From Prasinococcaceae sp. CCMP 1430 (Eukaryota > Plantae > Prasinodermophyta): a stretch of 29,589 bases of DNA. Shown piece by piece: positions 1 to 9,400 of the stretch. Below the pieces are notes generated by a model that worked only from the letters and a program-made list of their open reading frames with translations, was not told the origin of the DNA and ran no database searches. The stretch is taken from contig RQSC01001165.1 in assembly GCA_013416795.1 (NCBI GenBank), positions 1 to 29,589 of the forward strand, given 5' to 3'. The position numbers and the translations under genes were made by a program. Each line of letters opens with the position of its first letter. Position 1 is the stretch's first letter.

Positions 1-1118
1 CAAGAGCACGCTGGCGAATACGAGCTGCGCGCCAACTACCGCCCACCCCCGCTCGCTCCTCGCCGCCACCAAAAAAAAAAAAGCCCAGAAAAAAGAAAAA
101 AATGCATGCGTTTCTCTCATCACGCGCGGTCTCGCGCGCGCGCGAGCGCCGCCTTTTCGCCCGAAGCCCCCGCGGATGAGGTAGGGCTCTGCGGCGGCCC
201 TCCCGCGCGCGGCGGGGCGAAGACCTCGGACCTCTCTCGCGCGCAGAATCCGCCTCGCGCCACGACGAACGAACCACATCGTTCATCCCAAGCAAACGGA
301 ATCCAAGAGGATTCCATTTTGGATTCCGCGCATGCGGCGCGATCTGCCGGGCCGCGCATCCGCAGATCCTTGACCCCAACACCGACCGAGCGCCGGCCGC
401 GCCGCCGCGCGCGCGCGCAAGCAAAGCGCGGCCCCCCGGGAAAAAGGAAGAGAGGACGAGGGTCCAGAAAGTATAGGAATATGGCACTGCGCTGAGGACG
501 TCAAATGGCATCTCAATCTCATCGACCCGCGCTCGATCGCACTGCGCGCCGAGTCGAGGTGAGGTCGACCATCAGGATGGTACACCAAACCCGAAACCGA
601 AACCGAAACCCGCAGGTTGGCGTGCCAGTACCATCGTTGGTTGATGGCATGTACAGACCCGGTCTGTAGTACTACCGATGCACGAGCCGGGCCCGGTTTT
701 CTGATCGATGGGGACGAGCGCGCGCGCGCGGAGTCTGCCGCGGCGTTCGCCCTTTCGGGTGTATTTGGTGGTGAAATGCGCCCGCGGAGGAACCGCGCGC
801 GCGCGCCTCTGATTCGCCTGGCAGCGCTCGTCGGTCGGTCGGAGCCTCGATCGAGAGCCGGCCACGACATTCATACGGACGCTGCTGTGGCCTTCCAGGT
901 CAGAACGAGTGGGCGCAGCTGACAGCACGAGCACACTCCGCTGTGGGCAGCTGTGCCTGTGCAAATCTTATCTCGCAGTAGGGGTTTGGGCGCGCTCGTG
1001 CGGCGGCGGGGGCAGAGGGCGCGCACGGGCCGAGCGGCGCCTCCTCACCCCTTCCCCCCTCCCCCCCCCGGTGCCCACGCGCACGCACGCCTCTTCCGTC
1101 TCTCGCACGTGCGCAGGC

Positions 1119-1717
1119 ATGGCCGCGCGCGCCGCCGCGTGCCGCCGCGCTCACGCGCGCGTGCGCCCGCGCGGCGGGGCAGCGGGAGGGCGCGGGCGGG
1201 CGGCGACACAGATGCGGAGGCGGCGGGCGAGGTTGGCGCCGCCCAGGCCGAGCGCGATGAGGTGGCCCGCAGCGCAGCCAAGATCGCTGGCCAGTTCGCG
1301 CCGCGCTCGTCGACGGCCAAGGGCAAGAATCCGGCGGTGAAGGGCTCGCTCCTGTACAAGGTCTTCGAGTGGCAGGCGGTGCTGTCGCTCGTCGTCGGCG
1401 CGGGACTCTCGTACAACTTGCTCCTCCCGAGCGACGCGCCCGACATCCCGCGGCTATGCGGCATGTGGAGCGCCTGGATGTTTGCCGTGCCCTCCCTGCG
1501 CGCCAGGGACTGCTCCAAGACCGAGAAGGACGCGCTCAACGTGCTCTTCCTTGCCATTCCGCTCGTGAACGTCACGCTGCCGCTCGTGTGGAAGAGCTTC
1601 GCGGCGGTGTACACGGCGGACCTGGCGCTCATGGCGTACTTCTACAAGAGCAAGGGCGTGTTCGACGAATGGGCCAACGGCGAGAGCGATGGCACCGAGG
1701 ACGAGGCGAGCGCTTGA
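1119..1717 (+). CDS. RPH1: RPH1-like (Resistance to Phytophthora 1) chloroplast membrane protein; 5' end unresolved
   Basis: Frame of ORF 953..1717 encodes FAPRSSTAKGKNPAVKGSLLYKVFEWQ...PDIPRLCGMWSAWMFAVPSLRARDCSKTEKDALNVLFLAIPLVNVTLPLVWKSFA, matching the Arabidopsis RPH1 core as I recall it. ATG at 1119 opens a transit-peptide-like MAARAAACRRAHARVR but is 1 nt out of frame with the conserved part. Stop TGA at 1715-1717. Confidence 0.8.
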
Positions 1718-1750
1718 GGTGCGGGGCGCTCGACGCGCGTGCGCGCCAAT

Positions 1751-3678
1751 TTAATTACCGCGATGAGGCCGCCCCCGCCTTCTCCGCGCCGACCGGCAGC
1801 TCTCGGTGCGGCAGCCCGACAGCTCAGCGAGCCGCGCCCTCAGCTTGGCCAGCGTGGGCCCGGACAGGTCGCCCACCGAGTTGCGCAGCTGCCACGGGTC
1901 GTTCCGCAAGTCGTAGTACTCCTCCTCGCCGTCGTCCCATGCGCAGTAGACGAAGCCCGAGTTCGCGACCTCGTCGCTGCCCTGCGCGGCCAAGGCCGCG
2001 CTCCGCTCGCGCGCTCGCGCGCGCTCCTCGGCGCCGCCCACGTCGCGCACGCATCGATAGGTGTTGTTGTGGCTGTCCTGACACGAGCAGAGGGGCTGAC
2101 CCGAGTACTTTGGTTCCACCGAGTACTGCTCCTGCCCCACCCACGTGCACGCCAGGCTCTTTTGGCCGCACGTCCCCCACTCCTTGACTGACGGCCGCCA
2201 TGACTCCCCATGGAACTCCAGCAGGAAGTCCGTGCGCCAGGTGTCACCTCCGGCGTCGCTGCCCCTGCGGACGCTGTCGGCGTCGCCGCGCCCGGACGCG
2301 CCGCGCTTGGCGATGAGCGGGAGGAACGACGCGCCGTCCATGTCCGGGGGCAGCTCGACGCCCGCCATGTCCAAAAAGGTCGGCGCGAAATCGATGTTGA
2401 GCACCGGCTTGTCCATTGTATTGGCGGCGTCAGCGTCGATGCCCGGGCCACGCACGTAGGCTGGGACGCGGATGTCGGTCTCGTAGGGCTGGCGCTTGTC
2501 CTTGAGCGCGCTGTAGGTGCCGATGTGGTAGCCGTTGTCGCTGGCGAACACAATGTACGTGTTCTCGAGCTCGCCCATGGCCTCAATCTCAGCCACGAGG
2601 TCGGCGATCATCTCGTCCACCGACAGCAGCGTCAGCAGGCGCCTACGGAAGAGGTTGTCGCCGTACACCTGCGCATCAGTGCCCTCGGACATGTCCTGGG
2701 GCTTGAAGCGCATGATCCAGTGCTTGCCGTCGGGCGACGCGCCGTACGAGGGCACGCGCGGCGCGCCGACGCCCTCCAACTCGGCGGCGTGCTGTGGCGC
2801 GGGCATCGTGGGGTCGTGCGCCGCGGGCGGCGCCACCCACGCGAAGAAGGGCTTTCCCCACGGCCGGCGCTCATCCCCCCGGCCGGCATCGCCGCGGATG
2901 AACGCCTTGGACTGCTCGTGCACGAGCTTGGTCAGGTAGTCGGCTTCGTAGGTGTCGCCGTGTTTGACCTCGACGCCGTCGTCGCTAAGCGAGAAGTTGT
3001 AGTAGATCGAGTTGCCCACGAGGCCGTACCAGCGGTCCCAGCCTGGGGGCACGTGCTCCGGGCCGCCCGCGTCCGCCCTGCCGTACTGATTGAGGTACTT
3101 TCCGAAGAAGCCTGTGCGGTAGCCGGCCTTGGACAGCTCGACAGCCACCGTGCGTTTCTCGGCGCCCTTCTGCCACGCGGGGCTCGAGCAGTTGCCCTCG
3201 ATGCCGTTATTAGTCATCTTGTGCGCGTGTGCGTGCGTGCGTGCGTGGTGCAGACGCATCGCGCTGTCAGGCACCGGCCATCGCAGCTCGGGGGGCCGCG
3301 CGGACGTCGCGGCAGACGCACCGGTATATTGTGAATGTACCGCCCAGTCAGGTACGAGCCGCGGCTCGGGCAGCACACGGGCGTGGTGACGAACGCACCG
3401 CCGAGGGACGCGCCGTTGTCGGCGCTCGCAATCAGCTTCTCGACCTGCGGCATGTACCTGTCCGAGCCCAAGTAGGTGTCTTGGTCGTCCGTGAGCACGA
3501 ATAGGATGTTTGGGCGCTTCGCGGCGGCCGCCGCCTCCCCCGCCCCCGCCACGCGCCCTCCGTTATCGCCCGCTGCCGCGGCACCGGCAAACGCCGAAGC
3601 CACCGACGCCGGCGCGGACACGCACACGAACGCGGACGCGAGGGCGAGCAGCCCGGCCTGCCGCCACGCTCGTGCCAT
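1751..3678 (-). CDS. Secreted/vacuolar formylglycine-dependent sulfatase, N-acetylglucosamine-6-sulfatase (GNS)-like; exons 3678..3322 and 3217..1751, about 607 aa
   Basis: Signal-peptide-like MARAWRQAGLLALASAFVCVSAPASVA, then PNILFVLTDDQD, the CCPSR sulfatase motif, GKYLN, SDNGYH, KDKRQPYETDIRVP and EYYDLRNDPWQLRN. Intron 3321..3218 (gtgcgt...ctgac...caag, 104 nt) joins HNIP to MTNNGIEGNCSS in frame. Confidence 0.92.
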
Positions 3679-5274
3679 CTCGCAGGGCGCCGCACGCACT
3701 CGGCAGAGCCTCACGGGCCCCGCCCCGCGGGGCGCTCTGGCGCCCCACCCGGCGGCCCGCGCGCGCCACGCGGGCGCCACGTTGGCGCGCGGCGCGGGAG
3801 GGGAACGGTCGCAGCAGTCGAGGTCGAGGTCACCTGTGACTCCCGAGCGAGGTGACTCACAAAGCGAGCGTGACCGCCACATGTACCCCCGGTCTCGGGT
3901 CGGAACCCACGCACTTCGCTGCAGTACCACGATGGTACTCCTGGTCTCAACGCGATTTCTCCCGGGTTCTGCAAAGGTTGTTGGCGTCTGCCGGCCGAAC
4001 GGAGGCTCGGAACCGTCTGCCTCCCACGTGCGTGCGGCGGCTGCGGCCCGCGGCCGCGCGCGTCCGGCGCGCGTCCCCTTGCGTTTTTTGCTGCGTTTTG
4101 ATGGGTCCGCGGCGCGGCGCGCGCGCGGCGCGGATCCGGATCCGTCCCGCGCGGCGGCGCCGCCAACCGACCAACACCCAACCAACACAGGCGAGACCGG
4201 CGCTCGGATCCGGTCGGTCGTCGCTGGCTGGCTGGCTGACTGACTAATGATGCCGGCCGGGCGCGCGCGAGTGGGGACGCGATCCCGATCCGGGCGGCGG
4301 GCGGCGCGGTGCCGACCGAGCGGGCGAGCCTGCCTGTCTGGGTTTGGGTCTGGGTCTGGGTTTGGTTGGTGTGCGTGGGCCGGGCCGGCCGGCCGACCGA
4401 ACAACACCGCCGCCGCCGCCGCGCGGGTCGGTCGGTCGAGCGCCGCCCGCCGCCCGCGTGCCGCGGCGGGCCCGCGCCCCCCTTCCCCCCCAGCCGCAGC
4501 AGGCAGTCCGACGCCTCCGAACTGCCCCTCGTCCTCGTGCGCGGGGGCGCCCCGCCGTTTAGGAGGGGAGGGGGCGCGCTGCACGCTGCGCGCTGCGCGC
4601 TGCGTGCGGCGTGTGGCGTGTGGCGTCAGCCAGCTTTTCTAAATGAGCACGCCTGCAAATGTGGCAGATATTTTTTTTTCCGCCCGCCGCTGCGCGCAGG
4701 CGCGGCGCGGGCGGAGCTGCCACACTCCGAGCGCCTGCTGCGGCGGGGGGCGGGGGGCGGGGAAACGCCTGCCTGGGGCGACGCCCTCGCTCAGGGAGGG
4801 TCATGGGCGAGGGTCCGCTCCCATGGCGTGCGCGGATCGCGCGCTGCGCCTCGGGATCGCGCGCGATGAGGGGGGAGGGCGAGCCGAGACTGTGGGCGCG
4901 CGCGTTCGCGCCAATTTTTTTTGGGGGTGGGTGGGGGGGCGCATGCGCTGCGGCAGCCCCTCGCGCACGCGAGGATCTATCTGAACGCGCGCGCGCACGC
5001 GAGGGGAAGGGGAGGGAGCGCCAGGCGCCTGGCGTCGCTGCGCGCTCGTGGTAGACGAGCCGAGCGACACAGCGTCGAGGCGCGCCCGCGGGCGTCTTTC
5101 GCGCCCGCCTGGTTGCGGCAGCTGCTGCCGGTGCACGCGCGTACCGCCGATCTGCCGCGAGGTTCCGGCGCTGACAATCCCGCGCCCTCCCCGCTCTGCG
5201 CCGCACGTCGCTCGCACTCCGTCCGCGCGTGCCCCGCCTCCGCGCGCTTTGCCTCAACTGCCGCGCTCCCGCAG

Positions 5275-6905
5275 GCGGCGGTGGCGGCTGGGGCGGCCCC
5301 GACTACGGCGGCGGCGGCGGCGGGTACGGCGGCGAGCGCCGCCGCGGCGGCTGGGGCTCGCGCGATGAGAACCCCTTCGCCAACCAGGGCAGGGACGAAG
5401 GCGATGAGGAGGAGGTCTTCGGCGGCGAGAACACCGGCATCAACTTCGACGCGTACGAGGACATCCCGGTCGAGGTGACCGCGCCGCCCGGCGAGGAGGA
5501 GCCGCCGGCCGCCATCGAGACCTTCGAGGAGGCGAAGGAGCTGCTCGGCCCCGCGCTGTACCTCAACGCGCAGCGCTGCAAGTACAAGAAGCCCACCCCC
5601 GTCCAGAGGCACTCGATCCCGATCGCGTGCTCCGGCCGCGACCTCATGGCGTGCGCGCAGACCGGCTCGGGCAAAACGGCGGCGTTCTGCTTCCCGATGA
5701 TCGCCACCCTGCTGCGCAACAACCCTCCGCCGGGCCCTCGTGGCCGCAAGGCGTTCCCCTACGCGCTTGTGCTCTCGCCGACGCGCGAGCTCGCGAGCCA
5801 GATCCAGGAGGAGGCGCGCAAGTTCTGCTGGGAGACCGGGCTCCGCCCCGTCGTGTGCTACGGCGGCGCGCCGGTCGGCCTGCAGCTGCGCGAGATCGAG
5901 CGCGGCTGCGACATCCTGGTGGCCACCCCGGGCCGCCTCTCCGACCTCATGGAGCGCGCGCGCGTGTCGCTGGCCCGCGTCATGTTCCTCATCATGGACG
6001 AGGCCGATCGCATGCTGGACATGGGCTTCGAGCCGCAGATCCGCCGCATCGTCGACGGCGAGGACATGCCGCCCGTCGGCCAGCGTCAGACCATGCTCTT
6101 CTCGGCGACGTTCCCGAAGGAGATCCAGCGCCTCGCGCAGGACTTCATGGGCAACTATGTGTTCCTCGCGGTCGGCCGCGTCGGCTCGTCGACGGACCTC
6201 ATCGTGCAGCACGTGGAGTACGTGCAGCCGCACGACAAGCGCGGCATGCTTGTGGACCTGCTGCACACGGTCGAGGGCCTCACCCTCATCTTCGTGGAGA
6301 CGAAGCGCGGCGCGGACACGCTCGAGGACTGGCTCTCGCGGTCGGGCCTGCCGGCGACGTCCATCCACGGCGACCGCACGCAGCAGGAGCGCGAGTGGGC
6401 GCTGAAGACCTTCCGCTCGGGTCAGACCCCGTACCTGGTGGCCACCGACGTCGCGGCCCGCGGCCTCGACATCCCCAACGTGAAGCACGTCATCAACTAC
6501 GATCTGCCGAGCGACATCTCGGACTACACCCATCGCATCGGCCGTACCGGCCGCGCGGGCAAGCAGGGCCTCGCTACCGCGCTGTTCACCGACAAGGACG
6601 TTGGCATTGCGCGCGCGCTGGCAGAGCTCATGGCGGAGGCGAACCAGGAGGTGCCAGGCTGGCTCACCAACTTCGCCGCGCGGAGCGGCTTCGGCGGCGG
6701 CGGGGGGGGCCGCAGGCGTGGCGGGGGTGGCGGCGGAAGGCGCGGCGGAAATTTCGGAGGCACCGACGCGCGCTATGGCGGTGGCGGTGGCGGCGGTGGC
6801 GGCGGTGGCTACGGCGGCGGCGGCGGTGGCTACGGCGGTGGCGGTGGCTACGGCGGTGGTGGCTACGGCGGCGGCGGCTACGGCGGTGGCGGCGGCTGGG
6901 ACTAA
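5275..6905 (+). CDS. DEAD-box RNA helicase of the Ded1/DDX3 family (plant RH11/RH37/RH52-like); main exon, first exon unresolved
   Basis: [56 protein letters not shown] and [10 protein letters not shown] motifs, plus a Gly/Tyr-rich tail. Acceptor ccgcag ends at 5274 (phase 1) with gctgac at about 5170. A compatible first exon is 4803..4827 (MGEGPLPW + C|gtgcgc), which is unverified. Confidence 0.95.
6774..6897 (+). repeat. Coding low-complexity (GGC/GGT)n-TAC repeat giving the GGGG-Y tail of the helicase
   Basis: Directly visible tandem Gly codons punctuated by Tyr codons. Confidence 0.9.
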
Positions 6906-7252
6906 ATTTGTCGCATCACGTCGCGACGGAGCAGGGAAAACTTTATTATACTGCGGTGGGCAGGCGGAAGCGCGAGGGGTGCTGCAGCTGCGGGGTGTAC
7001 TAGGCATCGAACATTTTTCGCGCGCGCGCCCCATGTCGCCCTGAATGCCGACCACCGGGCGATTGCGCCGTGCGAAATCAACGGACACGTAACCAAACAT
7101 TTGCTGCGACACGGCCACGGCAACCGTGGGGGCGCCTAGCCTAGCCAGGCGCGCAGGAGTTGAGGTGAGTGCGATCGAGCTATGGGCGGTGTGGATACAC
7201 ACCGGGTGGAGTTGGAGGTGGCAAAGACCTGCGCGGCGTGGGCGAGCACGTG

Positions 7253-7800
7253 TCAGCATTCAGAGCACTCGGTGCTCGGCAGCGTGCATCGGCGGTTGCG
7301 TTGTCGACGGGGGAACATCAGCTCCTCTGCGTGTGCCGAAGTAAGGTGAGGGAGAGCGCCCACTGCCGTCAGCACTCGCTGCATGCGGCTGTGCGCCTGT
7401 GTGTGTGCACGTGCGTGTACATGCGTGGGTGGGTGGGTGCGTGCGCGCGCTTGCGTGCATGCAGGTGGGGATGGGCGGCTGGCAGGCTGACGTACAAGAT
7501 GAGCATAAGTTTCAGAGTATCTGCACAGGGCCAAGTGGCCCTCAGCAATCTCGTGTAGAATAGCAAACTTTTTCATCATTTGCCCCCCCTGTGTGTATGC
7601 GTATGCGCGAGTACACGAGCGCACGCGAGGACGTAGACACCGGCTGCGTGATGGTGGCACCTTCCTCTCCCTGACGGTGCGTTCGCCTCGCCGCGCGCAC
7701 AGCCGCCACGGGCGCGGACGCGGACGCACCTCGAACCCTCCCCGGTCCTCTCACAGCGCTGCCGGCGTGCCGCGCCGCCTACGAGCCGCGCCATAACGGG
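7253..7800 (-). other. Candidate spliced transcript (small ORF of about 75 aa, or non-coding host RNA) convergent with the helicase; 5' boundary approximate
   Basis: Two intron-like segments on the minus strand: 7729..7589 (gtgcgt...cacacag) and 7495..7397 (gtacgt...cacacacag), with the CA-rich 3' ends seen in confident introns here. The spliced ORF MMKKFAILHEIAEG...TECSEC has weak codon bias and no family I recognise. Confidence 0.3.
7505..7588 (-). ncRNA. Possible box C/D snoRNA
   Basis: ATGATGA (box C) at 7579..7573, CTGA at 7545..7542 (D') and 7515..7512 (D), a 68-nt C-to-D span, internal hairpin AGGGCC-ACTT-GGCCCT, and an AT-rich island. No clear C' box, terminal stem or target. Confidence 0.22.
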
Positions 7801-8443
7801 GCGCGCGGGCGCTGCACGGCGCGGACCGACCACCGGACGAGCCGACGGCCCATCGCGCCCTCCCGCAGCCCCTGGCGGCGCACTCGCGCGCTGTGGCGCA
7901 CGCCATCCCCTACCCACACGCTCGCTCCGCCGCGCCCTAACGCCGCGTGCGCCCAGCACGCACGTGCGCGCATTGGCCCCGCGATATGATGGTTGCATGC
8001 AGGCATGCACGTGTGCACGCACATGGTATCGCGCTGCCACGCAGCGGGCGGGACCGCCGCCGCGCGGGGCGGAAGCGCGCCTGCCGGCAAATCTGACGCT
8101 CGGTGGATATTTTATGCGCGGAATTCCGCAGGATGTCGTTGCGGATACATTCGCTTACAATTGCCTCACAGGCCGCGGATTTTATTTCGAGGGGGCTTCG
8201 AAATGGTTCGTCACGGGAAGCGCCTGCGGATCGCGCCGGATATCTTGGCAGCCGCCGCGCGCGAGCGCGCAGTGCCAGCCGGCCGGCAGCAGCAGCACCG
8301 GCGGCGGCGTGTGCGGCACCCGCCACCGCACTCGCCGCCACTCCCCCAGATTTGGATAAGGTTTGGGTCGGATTTTACGGTTCAGTTGCAAACCCTTTTT
8401 TAGATAACGCAGAGCGCCACGTCACAGGACGTGTGAGGTGCCC

Positions 8444-8624
8444 GTGTGTGCCTGTGTGTGTGCGTGTGTGTGCCTGCGTGTGTGTGTGTGCCTGTGTGTG
8501 TGTGTGTTCCTGTGTGTGTGTGCCTGTGTGTGTGCGTGTGTGTGCCTGTGTGTGTGTGCGCGCACGCACGCGTGCCCACGTGTGTGTGTGCGTGTGTGTG
8601 TGTGTGTGCACGCGTGTGTGTGTG
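8444..8624 (+). repeat. Imperfect (GT)n microsatellite with recurring CC/GC interruptions
   Basis: About 180 nt of gtgtgt... punctuated by cct/gcg, directly visible. Confidence 0.95.
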
Positions 8625-8691
8625 CGCGCGCGCCAGACTGCGCGCGCCGCCCACCCGCGCCCGCGCCTGAAAGCCCCTCAGCGTCCGTCAG

Positions 8692-9139
8692 GCGGCGCCG
8701 GCCGGCACATCGTGCGCGGCGGCGGCGCGCGCGTTCTGCGCGAGCGCGCCCTCCACCGCGAGCTCGAGGGCGTCGCTCGGTGGCGACGACGTGGACGTCC
8801 CGAGCCTCATGGACTGGGCCGGCGTGAGCTACGACACCTGCTGAGGCGGTGCGCTGCACCGGTGCGCGCCGCGCACGCGGCGGCGACGCAGACCTCACCC
8901 AGCCAGCCAGCCACCCACCCACCCACCCAACAAGATTATTGCTCCCCACGGCGCTGCGTGGGGCGCGGCGGGCATTGCCCCTCCGCGCCCCTCCGCACCC
9001 GTGCCGTCGTCCTCCGGCGGCAGCGACGACACCTCTGCATACTGCATTGGCGCATTCGCCCACCTGTCCCTGTACAACACCGCCCGCGCGGCCGCGCGCT
9101 GCCGACAGCCCGAGGCAGCCGCCCCGCGACGCCTGTAAA
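8692..9139 (+). CDS. Hypothetical spliced gene, exon structure ambiguous
   Basis: Acceptor cgtcag at 8691, high-GC3 stretch (...GDDVDVPSLMDWAG), candidate donors at 8824, 8849 and 8862, intron-like (CACC)n-aacaag ending at 8933, and a last exon IIAPHGAAW...RRL ending at TAA 9137-9139. No start codon or family could be fixed. Confidence 0.3.
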
Positions 9140-9400
9140 TAGCCATACATCTACGCGAGGGGCAGCGGCCAGCGCGCGCTCGCGCCAGCGAGGAGGGCGC
9201 GCGCGCCGCGGGCAGGGTAGGTCGCGGAGGCGCGTGCCGGACGAGGCGTCGCAGCAGCTTCCGTCCCGCGTGGCAGGCGGGTAGGTGGACGGGTGGGTGG
9301 GCCGGTGGGCCGGTGGGTGGCGAGGTTCCATCCTCCACAGCTTCTTCCTCTTCAGCTCGCAGCGCGCAGCGCGCAGCTCGCAGCTCGCCGCAGCTTGACG

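Noticed and set aside
585-612. Telomeric or interstitial telomere array, or CRISPR-like repeat
   Set aside because: Only three GAAACC units, not TTTAGGG-type, and no repeat-spacer structure. The similar GGGTCT/GGGTTT run at about 4341-4365 is equally short.
1119-1215. Programmed -1 ribosomal frameshift to explain the out-of-frame ATGs
   Set aside because: There is no XXXYYYZ slippery heptamer with A/U triplets in the RPH1 or lyase-gene 5' regions. A consensus deletion is simpler.
4977-7259. 760-aa minus-strand ORF, and similar long antisense ORFs such as 10847..12799, 19860..22034 and 27224..29122
   Set aside because: They are antisense shadows of real high-GC3 genes, with Arg/Ala-rich translations and no motifs.
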